Shown: positions 1 through 11,697 of the stretch, piece by piece
Layout of the letters: each line of letters opens with the position of its first letter
Position numbering within the stretch: the stretch's first letter is position 1
Source: Octopus sinensis
Lineage: Eukaryota
Assembly: GCF_006345805.1 (NCBI RefSeq)
Contig: NC_043007.1
Coordinates: forward strand, 21,328,001-21,392,000
Direction: 5' to 3'
DNA: 64,000 nt
Made by a program: the position numbers and the translations under genes
The notes under the pieces: model-generated
Seen by the model: only the letters and a program-made list of their open reading frames with translations
The model's database searches: none
Told to the model about the DNA's origin: nothing

Positions 1-315
1 TACCACACCATAGTGGGTTACACCATGGTTCCTCTGCTTTCTGGCAGAAGTAGGAAGAAAGAGTGAGAGAAAGTTGTGGTGAAAGAGTACAGCGGGGCTG
101 GTTTCTTGGTTTGTGTAGTTTATAAATTCTTCACCTGGATGGGAAGCCAGTCCATCACACGATTACTCACCTTTACCTGGTGAGTGGACTGAAGCAACGT
201 GAAGTGAAGTGTTTTGCTGAAAAGCACAAGGCACTGCCCAGTCCAGGAATCGAAACCTCAATCTTACGATCACGAGTCCGATACCTTAACTACTAAGCCA
301 TGTGCCTCCACACTC
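1..315 (-). mobile_element. tRNA-headed SINE (family F: C-like head, E-like tail), running off the window start
   Basis: Reverse complement reads TGTGGAGGCACATGGCTTAGTAGTTAAGG (A box) ... GGTTTCGATTCC (B box); body similar to the 39413-39668 copy. Confidence 0.75.
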
Positions 316-390
316 ACCTGAGTGTCACACCGAGGGATCTGACACCTTAACCACTAAGCCATTTGCCTCCACACTCACCTGAATGCTACA

Positions 391-829
391 GAACTTTTGA
401 AAACAAGACATTTGTACTACAGAGCCAGAGTCGGTTTCAGCCATTTGAGATGCTCTGTGTTTCTTTCAATTAATTTTAAATATAACAAAGAATTTAGTAA
501 AATAACTTAGTTACCATTAAGCTAGTGTTAGGAACATATTAATTGTGACAAAGGTTTGGTAGAAGATTTTAATACAAAACTTTTGAAAACAAAACATTTG
601 TACAACAGAGCCAGAGTCGGTTTCAGCCATTTGAGATGCTCGGTGTTTCTTTCAATTACTTTAAATATAACAAAGAATATAGTAAAATAACTTAGTTATC
701 ATTCAGCTAGTGTTAGGAACATAAATTGTGACTAAGGTTTGGTAAGAGATTTTAATTCAAAACTTTTGAAAACAAGACATTTGTACTACAAAGCCAGAGC
801 CAGTTTTAGCTGGGTTGGTAACGAAAAGG
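391..829 (+). mobile_element. piggyBac-type MITE family I, left end missing, two-plus internal ~183-186 bp units
   Basis: Unit marker CATTTGTAC at 409, 595 and 778; right TIR TTGGTAACGAAAAGG followed by TTAA at 830-833; same sequence as complete copies at 14.0-14.5 kb. Confidence 0.8.
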
Positions 830-833
830 TTAA

Positions 834-1035
834 CCCTTTAGCATTCAGACTACTCTGTCAAATGTAATGATTATTTATTCACATAATTTTGAAATAATCA
901 TGCCTTATCTCATAGCTCTGAGATTCCAATGATGTAATTCTTCATTATTGAGAATGAAATTGTAGAATATGATCTGGTAGGTTTGAATATAAAACAGGTT
1001 GAATATTTTGGCTGAATATGGTTGTTTTAAATTGA
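834..1035 (+). mobile_element. piggyBac-type MITE family II (CCCTTTAGCATTC...), right end decayed
   Basis: Starts TTAA|CCCTTT; internal AAAACAGGT..GAATATTT matches 28405-28986, which keeps the AAAGGG|TTAA end. Confidence 0.65.
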
Positions 1036-1187
1036 TAAATTCTAGTCTTCCTTATTAAATAATGGTGAAATTTTATGCCAACTTTCCTTCTTTATTACTG
1101 AGAAGACAAAAGGTTTTGCATCTGTAATAATTTTTCTTCTTTTGTTACAGTTTTGGACGAATTAATAAAAATTTAGCACCATCATTT

Positions 1188-1188
<1 letters not shown>

Positions 1189-1234
<46 letters not shown>

Positions 1235-1725
1235 ACATAGCAAATTGTCTGCTCCCTCCACTCACCCCACACCACCACCTTTTGAGTTCTCACAGCACCT
1301 TTCCCACCTACCTCATGAGGGACACTGCTTTTACAAACTTATGCAGCAACCATGTTCTTTCTGAAGAAGCAGAAGAAGAAGAAGAAGAAGGAGAAGAAGA
1401 AGGAGAAGAAGAAGAAGAAGAAGAAGAAGAAGGTGAAGAAGAAGAAGAAGAAGAAGAAGAAGATGAAGAAGAAGAAGAAGAAAGTAAAATTGTCATCACC
1501 ATCACACTCACAAACGACACTGTCTTCTTCGTCTTCTTCTTCTTCTTTTTCTTCTTCTTCTTCTTCTTCTCCTCCTCCTCCTCCTCCTCCTCCTCCTTCT
1601 TCTTCTTCTTCTTCTTCTATTCTTCTTCTTCTTCTTCTTCTTCTATTCTCTTCTTCTTCTTCTTCTTCTTCTTCTTCTCCTCCTCCTCCTCCTCCTCATT
1701 CATCTCCTCCCCTCCTCTTCCTCCT

Positions 1726-1757
<32 letters not shown>

Positions 1758-1845
1758 TTCTTCTCATTCTTCTTCTTCTTCTTCTTCTTCTTCTTCTTCT
1801 TCTTCTTCTTCTTCGTCGTCGTCGTCTTCTTCTTCTTCTCCTTCA
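1189..1845. repeat. compound microsatellite (TTA)n, (GAA)n, (TTC/TCC)n
   Basis: Direct inspection; explains the poly-L/E/F/S ORFs. Confidence 0.95.
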
Positions 1846-1961
1846 ACGGGAGGGCAGAAATTCAGATGCCAATCCTTCTGAGACTCCCCAAGGTGACTAA
1901 GGAAGCTGCATCATGAGAAACGGCAACAACACCAGCACTACCAACAACAATGAACAACAGT

Positions 1962-1995
<34 letters not shown>

Positions 1996-2180
1996 GTAAC
2001 GACATCATTAGTTGTAATGGCAAAGAATTTTTTCCCTCATTTCTCATTGCAGCAGACGCAAGGAGCAAATGTTTGCTTGAAGGCAAAAATAAGACCAGAG
2101 AAAAATTTTAGGGTGTCGCTGTGTGACTTGGTGCCGGTAAAAGAAGTTAGTGGCACCATCAGAAGGATAATTACACAGAA

Positions 2181-2346
2181 ATAGGCGCAGGTGTGGCTGT
2201 GCGGTAAGTATCTTGCTTACCAACCACATGGTTCCGGGTTCAATCCCACTGTGTGGCACCTTGGGCAAGTGTCTTCTACTATAGCCTTGGGCTGACCAAT
2301 GCCTTGTGAGTGGATTTGGTAGACGGAAACTGAAAGAAGCCTGTCA
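2181..2346 (+). mobile_element. SINE family A, 5' half (tRNA-like head plus CORE-like CCTTGGGCAAGT block)
   Basis: ATAGGCGCAGG.GTGGCTGTG.GGTAAG...GGTTCAATCCC...CACCTTGGGCAAGTGTC; many near-identical copies in the window. Confidence 0.85.
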
Positions 2347-2354
2347 TATATATG

Positions 2355-2407
<53 letters not shown>

Positions 2408-2424
2408 TTGGTATTTGGTATTGA

Positions 2425-2567
2425 ATTCGATGCAATACCAAATAGGTTCATACACTCCATAATCCAAGAATGTAGGATCATATCGTATGCCTTACGATAG
2501 TCGATCCATGGCATGGCTAAGTTACTTTTCTTCCTCTTGCAGTCTCTAAGTACAGTTTTGTTTATCA

Positions 2568-2568
<1 letters not shown>
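2425..2568 (-). pseudogene. R4/Dong-clade non-LTR retrotransposon reverse-transcriptase fragment
   Basis: Translates INKTVLRDCKRKKSNLAMPWIDYRKAYDMILHSWIMECMNLFGIASN; the (W)IDYxKAYD..PHSW pattern is the RT motif typical of R4/Dong; abuts a (TAA)n tract. Confidence 0.75.
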
Positions 2569-2618
<50 letters not shown>

Positions 2619-2619
2619 G

Positions 2620-2667
<48 letters not shown>

Positions 2668-2705
2668 TATTATTATTGTCATTATTATTATTATTATTAT
2701 TTATT

Positions 2706-3062
2706 AGTTATTATTATATTCTGTTTGACTTTTGCTTTACATTTGTACAAGTTGGCTCTAAGTCTCATCCAGAGACCTCAAGAGACAACAAGTTGGAAGT
2801 TCATGTTGGTGTTATGCCTAGGGTGCCATATATTTGGTTTTGTACATAGTGTTGTTCTAGAGAATGTTTAAGAAACCATAAGAAAATTGTGTTTGTTTTA
2901 AAACTTGAGATTACATAGAAAGTATTTTGCATAGGATATGAGCAGTTCCCATAAACACTATCTTTTTAATTTCTGCTATTTTGGGATTTCCTGGTATCTG
3001 AGCTAGGTGGCAATCAGCCCCTTTTGCTATCATTCCCAGGGCACCTATGGTTACTGTATTGA
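2706..3062 (-). mobile_element. 5'-truncated R4/Dong-clade LINE 3' end (ORF C-terminus plus 3' UTR)
   Basis: 3050-2911 translates IGALGMIAKGADCHLAQIPGNPKIAEIKKIVFMGTAHILCKILSM*, resembling the GALG...GTAHILRK end of RLE-type R4/Dong ORFs; about 200 nt UTR ends in (TAA)n; (TAA)n on both sides. Confidence 0.75.
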
Positions 3063-3066
3063 AAGT

Positions 3067-3115
<49 letters not shown>

Positions 3116-4730
3116 CATTATTATCATTATCATCATCATCATCATCATCATTATCATCATCATCATCATCATCATCATTATTATTATTATTATTATTATT
3201 ATAATTATTATTATTTTATTATCATTATTATTATTATTATCATTATCATTATTATTATTATCATTATTATCATCATCATTATCATCATCATCATTATTAT
3301 TATTATTATTATTATCATCATCATTATTATTATCATCATCATTATTATTATCATTATTATTGTTGTTGTTGTTGTTGTTAATATTTCCTGAGTGGCTGAC
3401 AGGCAGACTGACAGGCTTTGCTGTTTGAGAGAAATTGCCTGCTACCAAAGACAGTCTTATGAAGAACAAACAAGAAGTCAATAAACTGTGCTAAGTCCTA
3501 TCAGCTGTCACCGAAGCAGTTTATTCCTGAGATGTTTTTAATGGCACCTTCCTTCCTTCCTCTCTTCCTTCCTTCCTTCCTGCGTCTTAGACTAAGAATG
3601 GTTGGTGGAGAAAAGAATTGAACAAAAACTTATCAGCACCTCTTCAAATGTCTAATTACAAGAAAACATCATAAAAGAAATAAAAGAGGAAACAAACAAA
3701 AAAAACATATAACTGCTGCTGCTGCTACGGCTGCTACTGCTGCTGCTTTATTGGTGTTGATCTTGTTTTGGAAGGTGATTATTTGAAACAGCCGAGCAGG
3801 GAGCAGGTCCGGTCGGTCCGTAAATGTACAGTGGACAAATCGTAACCCCGCCCCCCACTACCGCCACCACCACCACTACCACCACCACCACCACCCTCAC
3901 CACCACCACCATCGTCATCACTATCGTAATCAATCTCATCAGTCTTCATCATTATCACCAGCATCACCACCACCGCCACCACCACCATCACCAAAACCAC
4001 CACCACCATCACCACCACTACCACCACCATCATCACCACCACCGCCAACACCATCATCACCACCACCTCCACTACCTCCACCTCCACCACCCTCACCACC
4101 ACCACCACTGCCACCATCATGATCATCACCATCACCAACACCACCACCAACACCATCATCACACCTGCCACCACAACATCACTGCCATCACCTTCATCAC
4201 TCCCACCGTCACAACCGCCATCATCATCATCATCTTCATCATCATCATAATTGCCCATCTCATTGTGGCTGCCATCTTTGACGTTGTCACTAAAAATAAT
4301 CACCCTTCTCTTCGCCTCCCTCTCAATCCATCTTCTACCTCCTTCTCACAAGTCATCACCTTTTCCACTACTACTACAATAACTACTACTACAACAACAA
4401 CTACTACTACTACTACCACTACTGCTACCACTACTGCTGATGTTGTTCTCATCCTCCTCCTCCACCATCATCACCATCATCACCACCACTGCTACCCCCA
4501 CTGCTGCTGCTTCTGTTGTTGCTGCTACTGCTGCTGCTACTACTACTACTACTACTACTACTGCCACCACCACCACCACCACCACCACTGCTTTTGCTGT
4601 TGTTGTGCCTCTCCTCCTCTTCTTCTTACCTCTTCCTGCTTCTCCTTTACTTCCCCTTCCTCCTCCTCCTCCTCCTCCTTATTATCATCTCTATCGTCAT
4701 CATAATCACCTTTGTCATCATTACCAATTC
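3067..4730. repeat. trinucleotide low-complexity blocks (TTA/TCA, CAC, TAC, TGC) with short unique spacers
   Basis: Direct inspection. Confidence 0.9.
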
Positions 4731-6214
4731 CGCTGTTATTTCACCCCACCTCCACCCCCAACACCATCAACGACGTCCCTATCATTTCAGTGATAATTTT
4801 TCCGCACCGACACAAACTCAAACAAACCAACAATACCAATATATGTCCGCGTACTTCAATCTCGTCTCTTCGAGGCACATCATCCTCCGACCTGTCAGAA
4901 TCAATTTCTTCCAAGATTTATCCAGCACATCAACTGTGCAATCAAACTTTTTATTCATACAAATATTCAAAATCCTTCTCGTTATATCAGGAAACCAGCA
5001 GAGCTGCATTTCAAAATTTCACATAAGGCTAATTAATGTCGTTGATTTCTGGCTGTTTTCATAGTTCACTCACATGTGGCCTTCTTTGGAAACCTCAACC
5101 CTTTAATATTCAAATTTTTCTGTCAAATGTAAAGCTTATTTATTTACATTATTATTAAGCACTAGCTTAAAAGCCGTACTCTTTGCAGACTTTTAAGCTA
5201 GATCCTGCAGTGGGCTGATTAGATTTGCAGCCCAAAACTAAAGAGAGCTAAATAGCTTGATTATAATAAGGTCTTTAATGACTATATGCCCTGGTGGTGT
5301 TTGATCAGAGGTTAAGGATGGATGAGAATTAATTCTGTAATGCAATCATTCTATTGTTCCAGTCACAAGTTGAATTTCAACTGTTGGCCAATTTGTCCCA
5401 AAGTTCTTGGATATATATAATATAAATATTATATAAATCGAAACAGCTGTAAGGGAATATGTTGAATTTTTGCAGTTAATAAACTATATTAATGCTAGTT
5501 CTCTATTTTCTGAATTTTAATATGAATATTTATAAACCAAGATATATATAAATTACATGTTTTTATGTATATATATACATACACACATAAAAACATATAT
5601 GCATACATACATGCATATATATACATATATATATGTGCGCATGCATGTGTCTATGCCTGTATGTATGCATGCATCTATGCGTGTGTTTCTTTGAGTTTGT
5701 CCCCACACCACTTGACAACCAATGTTGGTTTGTTTACATTCCTGTAACTTAGGGGTTTGGCAAAAGAGTCCGACAGAATAAGTACCAGACTTTAAACTGA
5801 TAAGTACTGAGCAGTTTGTTTGACCAACTCCTTCAAGGTAGTGGCCACAGTCTAATGCTTAAAACAAACGATAGACAAAAGATAACACATTATTTGTTTA
5901 TTCTATAATTAATGGAATTAATTGTTTTAGATAGAATATTTTTTTTCATTCTTCAATTGTTCATTCTACAAGTCTTCCAGACACAATTATCTCTTTTCTC
6001 TTCAATTATTCCACACGCAATTTTCATTTTTTTCATGTAGCATCTGTTTATTTCCCATTCATTTCTTTATTCTCTAACTTTTCCAGATACAATAACTCTT
6101 CAAACGTCTCAGACATTTATCACTTTTCACTTTTCACTGCTTCAAACATACCATCGAAATCTTCACACAATGTCTTTGCTCTCCAAGTCTTCTAGACACA
6201 ACAACTTTTTAATT

Positions 6215-6597
6215 ATAGGCGTAGGAGTGGCTGTGTGGTAAGTAGCTTGCTTACCAACCACATGGTTTCGGGTTCAGTCCCACTGCATGGCACCTTGGGC
6301 AAGTGTCTTCTACTATAGCCTCGGGCCGATCAAAGCCTTGTGAGTGGATTTGGTAGACTGAAACTGAAAGAAGCCTGTCGTATATATATGTGTGTGTCTG
6401 TATTTGTTCCCCCAACATTGCTTGACAACCGATGCTGGTGTATTTACGTCTCTGTAACTTAGCAGCTCGGCAAAAGTGACTGATAAAATAAGTACTAAAC
6501 GTCCAAAGAATAAGCTCCGGGGTCGATTTGCTTGACTAAAGGCAGTGCTCCAGCATGGCCACAGTCACATGACTGAAACGAGTAAAAGAGTAAAAAA
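6215..6597 (+). mobile_element. SINE family A, full composite copy
   Basis: Head, short (TA)(TG) linker, second module ending GCTCCAGCATGGCC.CAGTC..ATGACTGAAAC..GTAAAAGAGTAAAA. Confidence 0.9.
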
Positions 6598-7335
6598 GCA
6601 TTCCACAGACAATTTTCATTTTTTATGCTTCAGCTGCTTTAAACCTCTCTTAATTTTTTTCTCTCCAATTAGTGTAGACTTTTTTTTTTGTTGTCCGTCT
6701 GTTTCAGATACATGTGTTTTCCCTTCAGCTGTTCCAGGCACAACATTTTCACTCTTCAATTCTCATAGACACATCCTCTAAGTGTTCCAGACACAATTTT
6801 TTCTTTGCTAGCCAACTGTTCCAGATATACTCTCCAAACCTCCTTCACACAATATATCTTTACTCTCCAACCCTTCTTCACATATTACATCTTTGCTCTC
6901 CAATTATTCCAGACACATTGTTTCTTTAGTTTCCAATTCTTCCAACACAACAACTTTTACCTCTGTCTTTTCCAGACAATTACTCTAGAAATTGTTTCAG
7001 AAAATATCTTTCACTTTACATCATTTAAAACACAATATCTTTTATTCCACAATTGTGCCACACACATCCTCCAAGTCTCCTACACACAATATCTCTTTAC
7101 TCTCAGAGTCTTGCAGACACAATACAAAATCTTTTATGTAGCATCTGGCTTAGTTGACATTTCTTTATTCTCTAAGCATTCCAGAGACAATATCTCTTTG
7201 CTCTTCAATTATTCCAGACGATTCTCCTTTGTTTTTATGTGGCATCTGGTTTATTTCACTCTAATTCTTTTACTCTGCAATTGTTCCAGACACACCTTCC
7301 AAGTCTTCTGCACATAATATTTATTTACTCCTCAA

Positions 7336-7736
7336 CAGGAGTGGCTGTGTGGTAAGTAGCTTGTTTACCAACCACATGGTTCCGGGTTCAGTCCCACTGC
7401 GTGGCATCTTGGGCAAGTGTCTTCTACTATAGCCCCGGGCCGACCAAAGCCTTGTGAGTGGATTTGGTAGACGGAAACTGAAAGAAGCCTGTCATATATA
7501 TGTATATATATATGTGTGTGTGTGTTTGTGTGTCTGTGTTTGTACCCCTAGCATTGCTTGACAACCGATGCTGGTGTGTTTACGTCCCTGTCACTTAGCA
7601 GTTCGGCAAAAGAGACCGATAGAATAAGTACTGGGCTTACAAAGAATAAGTCCCGGGGTCGACTTGCTCGACTAAAGACGTTGCTCCAGTATGGCCGCAG
7701 TGAAATGACTGAAACAAGTAAAAGAGTAAAAGAGTA
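7336..7736 (+). mobile_element. SINE family A, near full copy
   Basis: Colinear with 6215-6597. Confidence 0.9.
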
Positions 7737-8098
7737 ACCATTCCAGATAGAATATGTCTTTATTCTATTATTATTTAAGATGCAATGTTTTCCACTTTCC
7801 AATTATTTCAGACACAATAGTCCTTTTTTTTTTTTATGTCACATCTGATATTTTTACACTAATTTCTTTATTATAATAGTTTATTATCAAAACAGATGGA
7901 GAAATTTTACAGAGAATTGTATGGTCCAGTCTTTAATGTAAAGTTTCACCATATAAATTGGTCTATTAAATCTTACTCAGTGTTTGGAACATAAATTAGC
8001 ATGGAACCTTTTTAAGTTAATGGCATTTATATAGAGAAATTTAAAAGCTTTTTGAAATAACTTCCTTGGCCTATGCATGTACATGTGTTTATATATAT

Positions 8099-8153
<55 letters not shown>

Positions 8154-8312
8154 TTTTGGCTATGGTAGATGAGTTCAGCAAGAAATTTAGATTCAGATGA
8201 ATATGGTACTTAGTTGTGGCACCAGAATTAGTATTGTATATCCATACAATTTCCCAAAGTAAGGTGATTAAAATCAAAATAAGCAACAAGGATATCATCC
8301 TTGTTGCTTATT

Positions 8313-8352
<40 letters not shown>

Positions 8353-8433
8353 AATAAGGGTAGAAATGATATTAATCAATTAAAACCAGTGGCCTAGCAT
8401 ATTTAAAAATCCGAAGATTAAAAATATTTTACA

Positions 8434-8640
8434 TACAAAATTTAGAGGACTGACCACTAAAAATGGATATCAAAATCGCCATTTTCCACGAAGAATGTGT
8501 TATCAAAAAAAAACTAAAAAACTCAGCAAAAACTCAGCTGAGATTTTTTTTTGAGAACACATTCTTCGTGGAAACTGGCAATTTTGACATCTATATCTAG
8601 ATATAGGCTGTCCATTTTTAGTGATCAGTCCTCTAAATTT

Positions 8641-8644
<4 letters not shown>
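8434..8644. mobile_element. palindromic MITE at a TA target (Tc1/mariner-type or unclassified)
   Basis: 34-nt terminal inverted repeat TACAAAATTTAGAGGACTGA(C/T)CACTAAAAATGGA with 1 mismatch; inner inverted repeat TTCCACGAAGAATGTGTT / AACACATTCTTCGTGGAA. Confidence 0.8.
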
Positions 8645-8679
<35 letters not shown>

Positions 8680-8727
8680 TATATATATGGTATGTATATG
8701 TATATATATATATGTGTATTGTGCTTA

Positions 8728-8779
<52 letters not shown>

Positions 8780-8968
8780 CATCATCATCATCATCGTTTA
8801 ACGTCCGTCTCCATGCTAGCATGGGTTGGACGGTTCGACCAGGGTTCTGGGAAGCCAGAAGGCTGCACCAGGCTCCAGTCTAATCTGGCAATGTTTCTAC
8901 AGCTGGATGCCCTTCCTAACGCCAACCACTCCGTGAGTGTAGTGGGTGCTTTTTACGTGCCACCTGCA
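8780..8968 (-). mobile_element. family D: (GAT)n-tailed RTE-type retroposon 3' end
   Basis: Reverse strand GGTGGCACGTAAAAAGCACCC...TTAGGAAGGGCATCCAGCTGTAGAAAC...GACGTTAAACGATGATG; RTE assignment is from recalled similarity only. Confidence 0.75.
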
Positions 8969-8971
8969 CTG

Positions 8972-9002
<31 letters not shown>

Positions 9003-9069
9003 TCTTGTGTATTTGTATTTTGTTTCATATTTATATTTGCATTTTATATCTTCATAATTGTACTTTATA

Positions 9070-9186
9070 ATCTCTGATGAGACCTTGAGATATATATATA
9101 AGTAACTCATTTTTAACTGCATACTGCCTCAATACATCTGACTAATATAGGCACAAACTATCTACAGGCTGAAACAGCTGTAAGAT
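9070..9186 (+). ncRNA. candidate type I hammerhead with ~80-nt insertion in stem II
   Basis: ATCT-CTGATGA-GACCT...AGGCT-GAAAC-AGCT-GTA-AGAT; stem I ATCT/AGAT; palindromic stem III ACAGCTGT. Confidence 0.45.
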
Positions 9187-9427
9187 CCATTTTATATGTA
9201 TTATTTTTATGGTATTATCTTAATTATTGATGTATATTGTTTTATTCTGTTGGATTTGGATGTTCCTATTTAATTAGTTAATAAATTATATGAATTGGTA
9301 TTATCTGTAAGTTGATGATTGAAAGGAATCTATTCCTCCATTTTCTTATTTTGTATATATATATATGATGTTAATATATATATAATATAGATATATAATA
9401 TAAATTATATATATATATATATATAAT

Positions 9428-9458
<31 letters not shown>

Positions 9459-9677
9459 GTATATATATACATATACAGGTTTAAAGGATGAGAGTGTTTT
9501 TTGTCCAGTTTATCACAAAACTTCATTGCATAGCAATATTCCAAGGTGTCCTGCATTCTGCACACTAATCAGTTGTGGCAAGCTGTGTTTAGTAGGGTGT
9601 GTTCAAAGCATTGTTACAGCTGTGTCTTTCAGGTTTTGGCAGGTCAGCCTATTAGATGTATTCTAATGATATACTAT

Positions 9678-10052
9678 GAAGGCGCATGGCTCAGTGGTTA
9701 GAGCATCGAGCTTACGATCGTGAGGTTGTGAGTTTGAATCCTGGACCGGGCTGCGTGTTGTGTTCTTGAGCAAGACTCTTTATTTCACGTTGCTCCAGTT
9801 CACTCAGCTGTAGAAATGAGTTGTAACATCACTGATGTGAAGCTGTGTCGGCCTTTGCCTTTCTCTTGGATAACATCGGCAACATGAAGAATGGAGGCTG
9901 GTATGCGTGGGCGACTGCTGGCCTTCCATAAACAACTTTGCCCGGACTTGTGCCTCGGAGGGTAACTTTCTAGGTGCAATCTCATGGTCATTCATGACCG
10001 AAGGGGGTCACTCATGACGAAAGGGGGTCATTCATGACCAAAGGGGGTCTCC
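9678..10052 (+). mobile_element. SINE family C, full copy
   Basis: A box TGGCTCAGTGG, B box GAGTTTGAATCC, body TTGAGCAAGAC.CTTTATTTCACGTTGCTCCAG, tail GGTCATTCATGACCGAAGGG. Confidence 0.9.
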
Positions 10053-11369
10053 TCAATGATATACTGAATCGGCAAATATGTAAGACAGTTATAACTGCCT
10101 CTCCTAAACAAAATCTCAAAACTTCTGGAATGCACCTCATATCTGTATGTGTGTGCTTCTTTATGTTTGTGTAGGATCCCTCCACCACCTCTATTTCACA
10201 ACTGGTGTTGGTTTGTTTATGACCCTGCAACTTGGTAGTTCATCGAAAGAACAAGTACGGAGCTTTTTTTTAAATTTTTATTTTTAAAAAGAGAAGCAGT
10301 AAGTCTGGGGGTTCAATTTGTTTAACTAAAACCCTTCAAGGTGATGCCCCAGCATGGCCACAATCCAATGACTGAAATAAGTAAAAGATGAAAGGCGAAA
10401 GATAGAAAAAAAATAAATTGAAAAATTAGGATTAAAGAGATAGAACAAGATGGAGAAGGAAGGGGGGAAGGAGGGATGGGAGGGGGGAGGTTGGAGGAGG
10501 AAAAAAGGAGGTGGAGGAAGGAGGTGGTGGTAGTGGTGGTGGTGTCGGCGGAGAAGGAAACAGAGTTTAACTTTCCGTTATTGATTTAGGCTCAGATATT
10601 TGTATATTACTCAAATATCATAATCTAATTAAACCTATTAATGATTGTTGTGTCCTGTTTCCTGCACACACACACACACACACACGCGTACGCACATGCA
10701 CACACACTCATGCACGCATTCATACGCACACACTTCACACACACATGCAAGCACATACTTCATACACAGGCATACACACACACACACACATACAGACATA
10801 CAACCAGTGAACCCCCCCCAACGAACACACACACACACATACACTTCCCACATGCAAAAATGCACACACACATATACACACACTTCACACACATGCACAC
10901 ACACACACATTCATACACACACACACACACCTGCAAACACATACTTCGCACACAGCAACCCAACTAACACGCACACATTCATACATACACACACACATAC
11001 AAGCATATACTTCACACACAGGTACACATACACACACACATGCAAACTCACACTTCACACTCTCAGACATAGATCCAGTAAGCCACCAAACACACACACA
11101 CAAACACACTAACTCCTTCTCTCTCTCTCTCTCTCTCTCTCCCTCTCTTCCCCTGCTGTTTCTATCATTTCTTTTTCGTTCTCTTCCTCCTTATTTATCT
11201 CTCTCTATTTTATTTCCTTTCATCTTTGACTCTCTCTAATTTTCTCTTTTGTTCCTATTCTCTCTCTTTTCTTTTCTTCACTCTCTCTCTCTCCCTACTT
11301 ATCTCGTCTTCTCTACCATCTTCATCCCTTTATTTTCCCTTCTAGTTTTCTCTGATTATATTTCCCTCT

Positions 11370-11606
11370 TCAAAGGTGATGAGGCAGCAGAATCGTTAAC
11401 ACGCCAGGTGAAATGTTTAGTGGTATTTCGTCTGCAGTTATGTTCTGTGTTCAAATTCCGCCAAGGTCATCTTTGCCTTTCATCCTTTGGGGTAGATAAA
11501 TTGAGTACCAGTTATGCACTGGGGTTGATGTAATTGACTTAATCCCTTCGTCTGTCCTTGTTTGTCCCCTCTGTGTTTAGCCCCTTGTGGGCAATAAAGA
11601 AATAAG
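11370..11606 (+). mobile_element. SINE family B with tail-1 (Tx1-like 3' end)
   Basis: GGCAGAATCGTTA...GTTCAAATTCCGCC.AGGTC..CTTTGCCTTTCATCC...TTTGTCCCCTCTGTGTTTAGCCCCTTGTGGGCAATAAAGAAA. Confidence 0.85.
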
Positions 11607-11697
11607 AATCGTTAGCATGCCAGGCGAAACACCAGCATGGAAAATGGACGTTAAATGACGATGATGATGACGATGACGATGGTTGAGAGATGACAGT

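Noticed and set aside
1189-1900. Acidic poly-E / poly-S ORFs
   Set aside because: Pure (TTA)/(GAA)/(TTC) microsatellites.
4818-5064. Unique sequence with short ORFs on both strands
   Set aside because: No recognisable domain and no convincing splice-site pair.
5162-5201. 12-bp perfect inverted repeat CTAGCTTAAAAG/CTTTTAAGCTAG
   Set aside because: Isolated, with no second copy or context to assign a function; likely a MITE remnant.
5440-5458. GAAACAGCTGTAAGGGA, the 3' half of a hammerhead
   Set aside because: No upstream CTGANGA half found.
9681-9750. tRNA-like sequences with A and B boxes (also in families A, E, F)
   Set aside because: They are SINE heads that continue into repeat bodies, and I could not fit a complete cloverleaf.
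9986-10000. GGTCA-N4-TGACC as an oestrogen-response element
   Set aside because: The spacer is 4 rather than 3, and it is a constant SINE tail stem.
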